Positions 50,580-63,733 of a DNA stretch of 64,000 nt are shown here, in pieces (position 1 is the first letter of the stretch; each line of letters begins with the position of its first letter). The translations under genes were made by a program, and so were the position numbers. The DNA lies in NCBI RefSeq assembly GCF_001194135.2, contig NC_068986.1:29999670-30063669 (forward strand), in the 5' to 3' direction. Source of the DNA: Octopus bimaculoides. Its lineage: Eukaryota. The notes below the pieces were generated by a model. The model had not been told where the DNA came from and did not search any database. It saw nothing but the letters and a program-made list of their open reading frames with translations.

Positions 50580-51635
50580 CAAGCATGGCTATTTGGTTAA
50601 GAAGTTCACTGTTCAAGTATGCGGTCTCAGGTTCAGTCTCACTGCATGATACCTTACACAAGTATCTTCTATTATTGTCCTGGGTTGACTATAGCTTTGT
50701 GAGTGAATTTGATAGATGGAGACTGAAAAAAGCCCATCATATATGTTATGTATAACATGTGTGTGCATGCATGTGCGTGCCTCTGTTTGTATACATTTGT
50801 GCTTCTTAGAAAATTGCAAGCTACAAGTGGTGATATTGTTGTCATTTCTCCTGTCAGCAAATTGTTTGATGGCTTTGAGCTTTTGAAGATGTGTGAAATG
50901 AAAGAACCTTTACTTTGAAAACAGTGAGGGTTAGTGACAAGAAGAGCTTCTGGCTGTAAAAAGAATGCCTCTATAATATACTTGTGTAACTCATGTTAGC
51001 ATGGAAGAAAAGGCTGTAAAAATTAACAATATACATCCCAACCACATGGCTTCAGGTTCAGTTCCATTGCATGATTCCTTGGGCAAGTGTCATCTATTAT
51101 AGCCTTAGGTCAACTAAAACTTTGTGAGTGGATTTGGTTGTTGGGAACTGAAAGACGCCTGTAGTATATGTATATATGTATATATATATATCTATATATG
51201 TGTCTGTGTTTGTCTCCCATCAATGCTTGACACCAAGTGTTGGTGTGTTTGCATTTCTGTAACTTAGTGATTCAGCAAAAGAGACTGATAGAATTAGTAC
51301 CAGGCCTTAAGCAAAAAATGAGTTCTGTGGTTGATTCATTCAACTAAAATTCTTTAAGGCAGAGCCCTAGCATGTGATGATTGAAACAAATAAAAGAATG
51401 TATGCATATATTTGTGTGCATATATGTGTGTATCAGTATAGACAAGTGTGTCGAGTGAGCATTCTTATATGTCAAAAGGTAACTTAGCCATTCAATAAAT
51501 AGGGATTGATAAAATAAGTATCAGAATGAAATAGCTACTTATGCTGATATGATTGTAACTAACCAAAAATAAAGACTATTGTAGGTTGTGCACCAGCATG
51601 GCCTGAATCCAATGATTGAAACCAGTAAAATCATA
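50580..51635 (+). mobile_element. Cluster of diverged SINE family B copies
   Basis: Copies at about 50580-50800, 51040-51400 and a partial one at 51460-51635, with GGTTCAGT heads and GGCAAGTGTC core. Confidence 0.75.
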
Positions 51636-53039
51636 AAATATTGCATAAAAGGAATATCTAGGTCAACATCTATGGTAACACATGTATGTAATGATATTTT
51701 CCTTTGCAAACACTCATAAGGTCAGACAAATGATAAAACCATTGATACAGAAGAAAGAAATGTATGAATATGCAGAAGTTAGCTAACTATAAAGACTATA
51801 AAGATCAACAGCAATAATAATAATAATAATAATAATAAAACTGAGGATTGAGAGATTTACACTTTATTCATTTATTTTTTTGCTTCATTTATTGCTCCTA
51901 AGAGTGTTGTCAACACCATGCTTATTGCATAGCTTTACTTTGTGAAATGTGTGAAAAGATGAATTGTTAAGTTGCAGTGAACTGGTCAAATTTGTGGCAT
52001 ATTTACTGTGTACTACAATTGTAAAGGAAATCATGTGTAAAATTGAGTATAAGGCTTGCAAATAATCGAAGATGTCAGAAAGCACGTATTAAGCAATCAA
52101 TAAACATATCTCACTATTTTATACGCACACATACACATACACACACGATTTTAGCTCAAAGCAAATTATCTTTATAGTTGTTAGTATTTGGATTTTGTGT
52201 TTGAACAGGGGTGTGTATATCTATATATCTATATATATCTATATTTGTATGCAGAGGAGTGTGTAAATGTACTTATATCTACATCTAGTATGGTAATTTA
52301 TATGCATGTACTCAGACACAAATACACACACACGCACGCATACATACACATACACACATAAGTCAATCTAATGTAAAGCAATACAATCTAATAATAGTAG
52401 CTCTTGGATGGATATGTTAGTAAACCTGATAACTGATAAAATGTGAAAAGAATGATAAAGAAGAGTATCCATAACCCTATTTGCAATTGATGAGCAACTA
52501 CTTATCGTGCATGTTAAAACCTGTCTATAAATATAGAAAGAGGTGTATATACAAGTGCCTTGGCTGAATTGGTAACAGAATCAGAAATAAGAGATTAAAG
52601 TTCTATTTATGCATTTGCAGCAGAAAAAGATAACACAGCGTTCTTCTGTTGCTACTTCAAATTATAATATTTCTGTTCATCTTTAATCAGAGTTTGGTTT
52701 ATAACAGCTTAAAGTGAAGAGATATGGTTGTTCGCTGCATTTGGTGCTTTCATCCTTCACCATAATTTATAAATACTAAAATAAATGTAAGCGCAAATAG
52801 CCAGATTCTCAGACCAAACATTGTTGCTGCTCATTGAGGGCAAAGTGATTCTTACATTTGGTCTGGATCTTGAAAGGATTTGATCTGGATCTTGAAAGAG
52901 TAAAAAAGATTCCAGATAGATTGTCACTCAATCTATATGTAGCAACCATATCATCAACATCATCATCATTATCATCATCTCACTAGCATTGGTGCCACCA
53001 CAACCACCACTTTCACTTCCACCTCCTCCTCCTCTTCCA

Positions 53040-53520
53040 CCTCCTCCTCTTCATCCCTCCCCACCTTCTTCTTCTTCTTCTTCTTCCTCCACTCCCTCTC
53101 CCCATCTTCTTCTTCTTCTTCTTCTTCCTCCCCTCCCTCTCCCCATCTTCTTCTTCTTCTTCTTCCTCCCCTCCCTCTCCCCATCTTCTTCTTCTTCTTC
53201 TTGTTCCTCCCCTCCCTCTCCCCATCTTCTTCTTCTTCTTCTTCTTCTTCTTCTTCTTCTTCTTCTTCTTCTTCTTCTTCCATAGCNNNNNNNNNNNNNN
53301 NNNNNNNNNNNNNNNNNNNNNNNNNNNNNNNNNNNNNNNNNNNNNNNNNNNNNNNNNNNNNTTCCTCCCCTCCCTCTCCCCATCTTCTTCTTCTTCTTCT
53401 TCCTCCCCTCCCTCTCCCCATCTTCTTCTTCTTCTTCTTGTTCCTCCCCTCCCTCTCCCCATCTTCTTCTTCTTCTTCTTCTTCTTCTTCTTCTTCTTCT
53501 TCTTCTTCTTCTTCTTCCAT
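53040..53520. repeat. Pyrimidine-rich composite repeat (TTC)n + CCTCCCCTCCCTCTCCCCATC
   Basis: Directly visible; duplicated on both sides of the N gap 53287-53361. Confidence 0.92.
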
Positions 53521-53779
53521 AGCACCTGCATTTTCATGCTGGCATGGGTTAGATGATTTTTCTCAGATGCTGTTTCATGGTTACTTGCCAATCAATCCTG
53601 TTGCCAACCTTTTTAGTTCACCCCTAACAACATGCAGAGACATGACGTACATATTCTAAGACCTGGGTACACACATTAACATCGTAGCAGCCATATCTTC
53701 TTCAATAAACAGTCTGCAACGTTTAAAAGGGTAAAGATGCTTATTTCAGTTGTTGTCATAGCAATGGATAGGATGGTCA

Positions 53780-54010
53780 TAAGTTCCCCATTAAGAAACG
53801 AGGCTTCAACAATTTGATGCCATTCAGACTGGTCCTCAGCAACTATTCGTCTCGCCTCATAGAAGAACCATTTCTTTCAGTTCTCCTACAACAGTTCCAT
53901 GTCAAGTGTTCTTTGACCACCCAGGCTTTCACTTCTCCAGGTGATGGCCATCTTAATGCTTCATTAGTTATCTTGTTCTGGTCCATTATTAGTAAACCTA
54001 TTGAAAGATG
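53780..54010 (-). pseudogene. Decayed RTE/RTE-X C-terminal fragment
   Basis: With frameshifts reads ITNEALRWPSPG..EARRIVAEDQSEWHQIVEAS, resembling ALRWTPxGKR..AxDRxxWRxIV. Confidence 0.5.
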
Positions 54011-54289
54011 TTGTTAATCATCTACCTCTGTGATCTTAGTTTACTCAAGCAGCACTAATAAGAGCTGTCTAGCAGTAGCAGCAGCAGTAGTCATATTACA
54101 AGCCAACAAAGGACTCCCTACAGGTCATTCAATCTACAAGAAATAGCAGCTACATTTCCTATAACATGTTAAGTGCCATGGCCTGTTACTGGAATTTTCT
54201 GGTGATGCCACATATTTTGCACAATCACACTCATTCTGTTTAATTACAAGGAAATACCCTTTAATCAAGCAAATAGACTCCAGGACTTA

Positions 54290-54612
54290 TTCCTTGTAAG
54301 CCTAGTACTTATTCTATTGGTCTCTTTTGCCGAACCGCTAGTTTACAGGGACGTAAACACACCAGCATCGGTTGTCAAGCAATGTTGAGGGGACAAACAC
54401 AGACACACAAACATATACACACACATACACACACACATATATATACATATATACGACGGGCTTCTTTTAGTTTCCGTCTACCAAATCCACTCACAAGGCT
54501 TTGGTCGGCCCGAGGCTATAGTAGAAGACACTTACCCAAGGTGCCACGCAGTGGGCCTGAACCTGGAACCATGTGGTTTGTAAGCAAGCTACTTGCCACA
54601 CAGCCACTCCTA
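54290..54612 (-). mobile_element. SINE family B
   Basis: CTATTGGTCTCTTTTGCCGAACCGCT..GAGGCTATAGTAGAAGACAC..GCCACACAGCCACTCC. Confidence 0.9.
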
Positions 54613-56551
54613 CAACTTATTTAAATATCCTTGAAACCATGTCCAAGATACAGAGTAAAAATATTTTCTCAAATTACGAAAATGTAGCACCAGTGGTACA
54701 TATAGCGGTTGTGTGAAGTGTGCAATGACTCACCAGTGGTGGTTAACATGTTCAATCACATACTCCTTTAAATGATATATCTAAGACTGTATTGAACACT
54801 ATGATATTAGATATATGATACATAAAAAACAAACCATAAGCTGGTCATAGTTAGAATGCTTTTTTAATGCTTTTTTAATGCTTTTTTAATGCTTTTCATA
54901 AATTTCCCAATTAGGGCTGATTTAAACAACATCACTAATGACATCATCAAGATAAGTAAGCTACTAATGGTATGTTAGTATTATCATAATCTTTTGTGAA
55001 TGTCAAATAGTTAGCAATCATACTTCTGTCCCATATAATCCTGTCTCTTTCAAACAGTTTTTCTGACTTGTTTGTGGCAAATGTTTAACAGGAAATGGTA
55101 GTCTCTTGAAATGGAAGGCAAAGGCAATAAATCTTTAGATGCCTGCTTTGCACTTGTTTCTATGGCCTATTTTGCTGTACCCTTCCTCACACTTTGGCAA
55201 ATAACATGCATCATATTTGTTCTATGGGTCCTTGTCACAAGTGATATAGCACTCCATCTAGCAAGGTTTGTCTTCCTAATACACCTGTTTCTCTTCAGTT
55301 TTGATACTGTATGGTTGTGAAAAAAAAAAAAAAAAAGAAACTAACATAATAAATGAAAGAGGATATCTGAACTCCACAAGCTCTAAGTCAGGTAATCCAT
55401 TTAGGAGAAGGCTAACTCTGAATAAAAACACCAGGCACTTTCTAGTTGTTTTGCTGCAGACAACATCCCTAATGCCAATGACTTGATAAAATGTACCTAG
55501 TCTATACTGTAAAATGGTTGATATTAGAAAGGACATCCAGTTATAAAAACCACAAAGATGGCCAGTTTTCTCTTTTGTTATGTATGCCAGATGATGAAGT
55601 ATCAGATGTTTGTAGTAAGATAATGTGAGAACTGCTCAACCTATGCAAGCATGGAAAAGCAGATATAGAATAGTGATGACTAACAAATGTAGTGTTTAAA
55701 AGACTGTAGATAAAAGATATGTGTGTGCATATATATCTCAATGGTTGAACAAACTGTGCAAAGAGGTATTGAGATTAAGGCTAATGGAAGTTTGAAAAGA
55801 GAGAGCTGTGAGTAGATAATGGGTTCGAAAGCAAACATAATATTGCATTAAATTTGAGTGGATTTGAGTCGAAGAAGTGTGGATCAAAGAAAGTAAAAGT
55901 TAACAGTGTAATAGCAAATAAAAAGAGATTTGCATATGTATTGAAAATAAATGAAACAAAGCAAATTAAGAGCTTTAATTTCATAATCAATATAGATTAA
56001 AAAATCTTTAAATTATAATTTAAATAATTTCTCCATATTGAAAAATATAATATGATGGAAAATGCTAAAAATAAAAGAAGTGTACAAATCACTCTGATTT
56101 TGAACATGTTTTAATTAAGGAAGTAATGTGTAAAAAAACGTTTAGCAATAAAACCATATTATAGTATTAAAGAAATCAAGAACTTATGTAGAACAAGAAC
56201 TGTCTACGCCTGCAAAGTAAGCTAATTATGAGAAGAATTTTTATAATTGAGTAGAGTTATAACATTTTGCTGTTTCATTAATTCAATTGATATTGTGATT
56301 CTGAACTAGGTATGTGAAATTTCAGTTTTAAACTTAGAGCTGGAATATGTTGGAAATTTTTTAAATTGAAGAGAGAAAAAAGAATTATATTTGAATATTG
56401 TATAAAGCCTAATATTAAGTCACACTTGGAGATGAAGTTTTGGTTGTGAATGATCAACAGCTGAACTATGAAAATAGGACACACACACTCACACACACAA
56501 ACACACACCACACATACCACACGCAAATCACACATGCACCACAAACATACA

Positions 56552-56603
<52 letters not shown>

Positions 56604-57135
56604 TCACAGAGTATATTTTATTCATAAGATTATCTTGTTTATCAGAGAGAGAGTTCAGCCTTATCTTAATACCATATCTTATCAAATAAAGATCCAATCT
56701 GCTTTCTTTTATTTTTGACAATAAATTTCCATTCCAGAATTAATTAGGTCATCTTAGAAAACGAAGTTATCTGTTGAGTTAGAAAATCATCACTGTAGAT
56801 TCTAGAATGTGTTACTTCTTGATAATATATCTGAATATCACTATCACTTTGTATGTACAACACTGGCCACACAATCTGTTTGAACAGTTAGCCAAATCTT
56901 CAAATTACACCTTAATGTATGAAAATGATGATGGAGATACAAGCTGGAATGCTATTGATCATAAGTTTACTCGTTCAGAGCTAACCTGAGGCTAAACAAT
57001 TAAGATATGATATTCTTAGTTGTCATAAAATATAGCTAATTTCTTTGACCAGTAAATAGATATCAATTATATTTTATGCTCAACTCTGGCCTTCACAACA
57101 ATAAGAAGCTATTTATATACATTACTTAAGAAATG

Positions 57136-57252
57136 ACTCACAAATCTTAAGAGTTCTCTTACACATGGTGTATACCAACTTGGAATTGGATATTAGGTGA
57201 GGTTGCTCACTCAAACAACCTATTAAGTAATGGACTTAAGGAATAGTAGAAC
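57136..57252. repeat. 117-bp direct repeat, copy 1
   Basis: ACTCACAAATCTTAA..GGAATAGTAGAAC; 4 mismatches to 59690-59806. Confidence 0.9.
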
Positions 57253-57324
57253 TTTAAATTTGAGCATTCTTCTGATAAGTGAAAAAGAATCAGCAGTTAC
57301 AGGATGTGATTCTCGGTGTGTGTT

Positions 57325-57403
<79 letters not shown>

Positions 57404-57957
57404 NNNNNNNNNNNNNNNNNNNNNNNNNNNNNNNNNNNNNNNNNNNNNNNNNNNNNNNNNNNNNNNNNNNNNNNNNNNNNNNNNNNNNNNNNNNNNNNNN
57501 NNNNNNNNNNNNNNNNNNNNNNNNNNNNNNNNNNNNNNNNNNNNNNNNNNNNNNNNNNNNNNNNNNNNNNNNNNNNNNNNNNNNNNNNNNNNNNNNNNNN
57601 NNNNNNNNNNNNNNNNNNNNNNNNNNNNNNNNNNNNNNNNNNNNNNNNNNNNNNNNNNNNNNNNNNNNNNNNNNNNNNNNNNNNNNNNNNNNNNNNNNNN
57701 NNNNNNNNNNNNNNNNNNNNNNNNNNNNNNNNNNNNNNNNNNNNNNNNNNNNNNNNNNNNNNNNNNNNNNNNNNNNNNNNNNNNNNNNNNNNNNNNNNNN
57801 NNNNNNNNNNNNNNNNNNNNNNNNNNNNNNNNNNNNNNNNNNNNNNNNNNNNNNNNNNNNNNNNNNNNNNNNNNNNNNNNNNNNNNNNNNNNNNNNNNNN
57901 NNNNNNNNNNNNNNNNNNNNNNNNNNNNNNNNNNNNNNNNNNNNNNNNNNNNNNNNN

Positions 57958-57991
<34 letters not shown>

Positions 57992-58335
57992 GTATAAGAA
58001 CCCATAAGTCTTAAAAAATAAGCACTCATATGTTTGTCAATAGAGTGGGTATAGTAATTAAAGTATATAATATCAAAGATCCATTCATACCAATCAGATT
58101 CACATTGCATATTAGAGAATCAGAAATTATATAAGAACTGTGCTCTTCAGAGTGGCCAGTATGGAAAAAATAGCCATACTGGACACCCTGATGAGTGTGG
58201 TTCCAAGAGAATCATGTGATTATTTGATATCTTGTGTCACATTAATTGGTAGAATTGGCTGTAATGAGTTTATAATTCTGTTATACCTTGATTAACTGGC
58301 TGTGTCCATAGCCTTGGCAAATCTTCACAAATGCC

Positions 58336-58560
58336 GAGATCAACTTGGTTAATGTTCCTCTTGATGATTGCAGGGAAATGATGGGCAGGAAGGGATTTCA
58401 GGATGACTGAAGTTTTGGGGATATAGGACTAGGAAAAGTAGTTAGTGAGGAAACCTAGGATTGGTGTAGGTGCAATACCAGTGCTGAAATGAGGAGAAAC
58501 AAGTCAAATGAGTCAGACATGCCTGAGTAGAGATGGCATCTCTTCAACTTGTGGTAGGAA
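58336..58560 (-). pseudogene. Old CR1-type LINE 3' end fragment
   Basis: SYIPKTSVILKSLPAHHFPAIIKRNINQVDL resembles SFFPRTxxLWNSLPxxVFP..FKxxIN. Confidence 0.45.
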
Positions 58561-59689
58561 AAGTAAAATGAAGACAACATGTTGGTGTGCTAGAAATTGG
58601 AGAGTGTTAATATATAGCTTCTTGCTAGTCAGGTGGGTTGCCTCTATATTCATTTATTCATTCATTCATTTATTTATTATTTATTTATTTATCTATTTAT
58701 TTATTTATGTATTTGGGGATAGGAGATGTAGTCTAGGATGATTGTATGTGTAAGCAGCAGCAAAATTCCACTTGAGGGAGCAATATTCCTTTGTGGGATT
58801 CACTTGAGCTTTGTATAGGGTTAAAGTAAATAGCAGTAAACTAAAATAGAAGTTAACCCAAGAGTTAAATTGCTTTATTTACTTAAGATGTTATATTTGT
58901 TACATTTAGACAATTACTGTTAAAAATACAATGATGTAACTTATTGATTGGCTTCTCGCTATTCAAAATACTTGCCAGTTAGCATTAGTGTTTTGTGATG
59001 ATTGTGTTACAATGGAAAATTAATTTGCAAGATGCATCAGAGAAAAATGAAAAATTGAATATTTTTGGAATATTGAATATTTTATAGCTATTTTGTCTGC
59101 TAAATGTTGTTAAAACGTTATTGGTTGTTGGCTAGAAGTCACACAAGTGGTGTATTATGATGCATTCTCTAATTCTTTGTTTGGTTTGCTTAAATTATTG
59201 CAGTTCTAGTTATGGTAGAATACTGCCACAGGTTACTGAAGATATTTATTGTATCTTTACTTTTTTTTAACTTATTGTATTTTTAATTCTTGTTTTTAGC
59301 CTCAGGTCAGCTCTGTTTCAATGATTCTGATGTTGGATTAATTCATATTATTTTGCTGGGTTTTGTTGTACTGTTGTTATTAGTTGTATGGTGAGAGAGA
59401 GAGGGAATTGGCAAGGCTCAGTAGAGTAGTAAACAAAATAAATGCCTTGCAGTGTATTTAGTTATGCTTTTCCACATTCTGATTTCAAATCCTGCCAAAG
59501 TAAACTTTACCTTTCATTCTTCAGGAGTTGATGAAAATACATAAGTCCTAATGAAATACTAAGGATCAATATAATCATTTATACTCTCCTCCACAATCTG
59601 AGAGTTTGTGAATTTTCTCTTTGTATGGTGGAATAGATAAAGTATTGTCCCATCATTTAATTATGGTCATTTATATTATGTGTTCGCTT

Positions 59690-59806
59690 ACTCACAAATC
59701 TTAATAGTTCTCTTACACATGGTATATACCAACTTGGAATTGGATATTAGGTGAGGTTGCTCACTCAAACAACCTATTAAGTAATGGACACAAGGAATAG
59801 TAGAAC
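59690..59806. repeat. 117-bp direct repeat, copy 2
   Basis: See copy 1. Confidence 0.9.
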
Positions 59807-60789
59807 ACTAATTACCATAACTGACGGAGCACCAGTATGTGTTCTGAGTGCAAATCTCATTGTGGCTTACTTGGGTTTAACTGTTACTTGGTTCCTTGGG
59901 TGCCTTCATCAGAGGCTGTTCTGTTTTGACCATTTGGACTGGATCTCTGGTTTGAGAATACCTCCTTTGCTCCCTCTCATCAGTTATGGAGGTTCTGTAA
60001 AGAGACATGGGTATTGTCCTTTCCCTCTGATTAAGTGATAGAAAAAGCATTAATTATGCATATTCATATTGTCTGCTTATGTTGGGATGTGTAAAGAAAT
60101 GTCACTGAAATATGCACATATTTGAGTGTGCAAACCTTATACAACCAAAAGGATGTGTTATAATACTATTCTACAGCCATACCAACAATCCAATAATACT
60201 AATCCACATATACAAAAACAGCCATACCAACAACTCAGCATACCTCCATCGTCTGCTGCCCGACGGATATCATTATAGTTTCGATACCTGAGCAGAACCA
60301 TTCAATCTGGTGGTGTCAATAGCACTAAAATAAGTGTTGTTTGGGAACAAAAAAAACAACAAAAAAACCCCCACAACTTTCAAACACATTTACCTAATGT
60401 ACAACCGTATTGATAAATAAATTCCATATGTAAATTACAACTACTCCTAAATACGTAACTAAACAGTGACAACTCTATTAACTCATAAAAAATCATAATT
60501 CCTACTGTCTTCCGTAGTGTAACTTGAATGTGGTTATAAATTTTAAATTTGATGAAAGATAATCACCATTATCATTTTAAAATCCCCTTTTCTATGCTTG
60601 CATGGGCCAAATGGAGTTTATTGAAGCAGATATTCTACAGCTGGATGCACTTCCTGTCACCAATCCTTCCCAGTTTCCAAACAAGGTAATATTTCCTTGT
60701 GATCAGACATATTTTCACAGAGTATTGGAAATGAATGACATTCATTTACATTATGCGATGTGAAAACAAGGAAGTATAAGAACACAGAA

Positions 60790-61212
60790 CTTACACACAC
60801 ACACAATGAGCTTCTTTTAGTTTCTTATTTCTTTACTGCCCACAAGGGGATAAACATAGAGGGGACAAACAAGGACAGACAAAGGGATTAAGTCGATTAC
60901 ATCGACCCCAGTGCATAACTGGTACTTTATTTATCGACCCCGAAAGGATGAAAGGCAAAGTCAACCTCGGTGGAATTTGAACTCGGAACGTAATGGCAGA
61001 TGAAATACCGCTAAGCATTTCGCCCAGTGCGCTAACGTTTCTGCTAACTTCCCGCCTTCTTTTAGTTTCCGTCTACCAAATCCACTCACAAGGTTTTGGT
61101 CAGCTAGGAGTAATACTAGAAGATACTTGCCCAAGGTGCAACGCTGTGTGACTGAACCTGAAACTATGCAGCTACAAAGTCAGCTTCTTAATGACACAGC
61201 CCTTCCTGCACC
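60790..61212 (-). mobile_element. SINE family B interrupted by a SINE A
   Basis: B sequence resumes exactly at CTTTTAGTTTCCGTCTACCAAATCC after the insert. Confidence 0.85.
60825..61058 (-). mobile_element. SINE family A (young variant) with 11-14-bp TSD
   Basis: CTTCTTTTAGTTTC at 60811-60824 and 61056-61069. Confidence 0.92.
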
Positions 61213-61859
61213 TATTATCAAATATTGATTTCTTTTGGTGGGGCACAGTGCCAGTGTTTGTAATGAAGGGGACTTAATCAACCTCACTTAATTGCTGGTA
61301 ATTAAATGCTGCAACACAGAAAAGAAATAACAGGATGAAAGACAGTGTGCGCTTTGACAGGATTATAACTTGAAAGTAGAATCAAACTAAATATAAAATA
61401 TTTAATTTGGTGTCTTTTCATTTCTATTCACTGATCACCATTTTAAATATTAATTTTATATTAATTTAACATTCTATATATATTATATAAGTTATATAAT
61501 TCTTTTTTGTCTGTCTTAGTATCTTTATATATTATCATTGCCACAACTACCATCATTTATATACCGTTATCACTGCTACATCACCATTGTCCTCATAAAT
61601 TTAACATCTATGCTTCATGCAGATTGTAGTTCAATGTATATTTCAATATGTGAATCCTTTCATGTGTGAAATCTTTGTAAGTTTTGATCTAATTTTCTTG
61701 TTTGAGGCTTCTTGAAATGTATGTCATCCATATCTTCATGAAAGGGTGACTCCATGGCTGTAGTGTGAGGAAGAAAGATAGTGTACATAGCACTTCCAAT
61801 TTTCTTAGTCTTGGCATCAGGAAGATTAGTGCAGTTAATATTCCATTTAAATTATTCGA

Positions 61860-61919
61860 TATTGGGGCCAGCCAAAGCCTTCTGAGTGGATTTGTTAGAT
61901 GGAAACTGAAAGAAGCCTG

Positions 61920-61963
<44 letters not shown>

Positions 61964-62167
61964 TTGTGTGTGTGTATGTATATAGTCATGTGTGTGCATC
62001 TGTGTGTTTATGTTTGTCCTCCCCCATCATTGCTTAACAACCAGTGTTGGTGTGTTTATGTACCCATAATTTTGTGGTTAAGCAAAGAGATTAAGTACTA
62101 GGCTTAAAAATAAGTCCTGAGGCTGAATTGTTCAAATGACTGAAACAAGTAAAAAATAAAAGAATAT
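61860..62167 (+). mobile_element. SINE family B, 5'-truncated
   Basis: GCCAAAGCCTTCTGAGTGGATTTG..GAAACTGAAAGAAGCC..AATGACTGAAACAAGTAAAAAATAAA. Confidence 0.8.
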
Positions 62168-62301
62168 ANNNNNNNNNNNNNNNNNNNNNNNNNNNNNNNN
62201 NNNNNNNNNNNNNNNNNNNNNNNNNNNNNNNNNNNNNNNNNNNNNNNNNNNNNNNNNNNNNNNNNNNNNNNNNNNNNNNNNNNNNNNNNNNTGTATATAT
62301 A

Positions 62302-62452
62302 GGTGCAGGCATGGCTGTGTGGTAAGAAGCTTGCTTCCCAATTAATCACGTTTCCAGGTTCAGTCTCATTGCTTGGCACCTTTGGTAAGTGTCTTCTACT
62401 ACCAGAGCCTTGTGTGTGGATTTTGGATAGAAGGAAACTGAAAGAAGCCTAT

Positions 62453-62532
<80 letters not shown>

Positions 62533-62755
62533 TTTGTGTCTGTGTTTGACCCCCATTGCTACCACCACCTGACAACTGGTGCTGGTGTGTTTATGTCCCT
62601 GTAACTTAGCAGTTTAGCAATAGGGCCCGATAGAATAAGTACAAGGCTTAAACAAAAAGAGAAAAAAAGTACTAGGGTCGATTCATTTGACTAAAAATTG
62701 AAAGCAGTTCCTCAGCATGACTGCAGTCTATGTCTGAAGCAAGTAGATGATAAAA
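62302..62755 (+). mobile_element. SINE family B, full length
   Basis: GGTGCAGGCATGGCTGTGTGGTAAGAAG head, core, (TG)n and tail. Confidence 0.88.
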
Positions 62756-63107
62756 AAAACAAAAACATGTATAGATAAAACAGAACATCAGTATTATGAA
62801 ACAGGAGACAAATGCACCTCTCCAGATGTGGCAGCTGCACCACTATTGGGGTCGGGGAGAGGTCAGTCATAAGCTTGGCTGCAGAAAGCTGTAAGGTTGC
62901 TCTTCAGAATCTTCTGCAGTAGACATTAAAGGCCTTTGTTATATAAGTATTGTTTGAATGAGGCTTTGTGTGATGGAGTGGTTAAGATTGATGAAAATCC
63001 AGTACAATGCAAATTGGAAATAAAAGAGTGAAAACAGAAATAGGGAAGACAAACAAAATAGTACTTTATCATATATTGTGATATTTTGGATTAAAATTTC
63101 TTTTCAG

Positions 63108-63441
63108 GAAAAAAATTTTTTTAATAAAAGACAATGGAGAATGAAGTATGGCATTAAGCTGATATCTTTTGCCCAAATACGTGGAAAAGAGCAGCAATGG
63201 TTTTGTTTTTTATAATCAATCTGCTTTGTGCAGTTCACAGAACTAAGGAGGTCATGCTCATTAATAAAGTGAAACCATCCATTAACAAGAAAAACGAACT
63301 GCCTGTCTGCCATACTAATACTTCTATGTACAAGCAGCATCTTCTTCTTGTATATCTGGGCAAAAGATACCTAGCTTTGACACCTTCCTTCATTTTCTGT
63401 TCACAAAGAAGTGTCTTAATCACAAAATATCGAAATATATG
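63108..63441 (+). other. Candidate host exon (UTR or first coding exon), unassigned
   Basis: Acceptor TTTCTTTTCAG| at 63107, donor ATG|GTATGT at 63442; ORF from 63197 (MVLFFIINLLCAV..) stays open to the donor; no recognisable protein. Confidence 0.25.
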
Positions 63442-63516
63442 GTATGTGTAAACTTTTTGGTTCCTTTTGTTTTTCACTCCTTTGAGTCTGTGCATGTATA
63501 TGTTTATATATATATA

Positions 63517-63573
<57 letters not shown>

Positions 63574-63733
63574 CTTGTTAGGGTTATCTCTACAGATTTT
63601 CTATAGAAATTATAACCAACGCTAAGTTTGTTACAACATTTAGAATCCGAGATGCCTGATGCAATATGGCTGCATAACAAAATGCAGTGTCCCTACAGGT
63701 CATTCATCTATCTATCTATCTATCTATCTATCT

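Noticed and set aside
54851-54896. Short local tandem duplications (ATGCTTTTTTA x4; also at 23880, 35130, 41345 and 52865)
   Set aside because: Ordinary slippage products with no sign of function.
59890-59990. Two minus-strand CTGATGA cores 71 nt apart (59906-59912, 59977-59983), one with a 5-bp stem II and a downstream GTC
   Set aside because: Neither has GAAA in place (one has CTC-AAAC), and stems I and III do not pair canonically; at best relics, and chance is plausible.
63104-63340. Minus-strand 78-aa ORF (..DRQFVFLVNGWFHF..) and the plus-strand ORF at 56807-56989
   Set aside because: Protein-like by eye but with no recognisable domain or convincing splice context.
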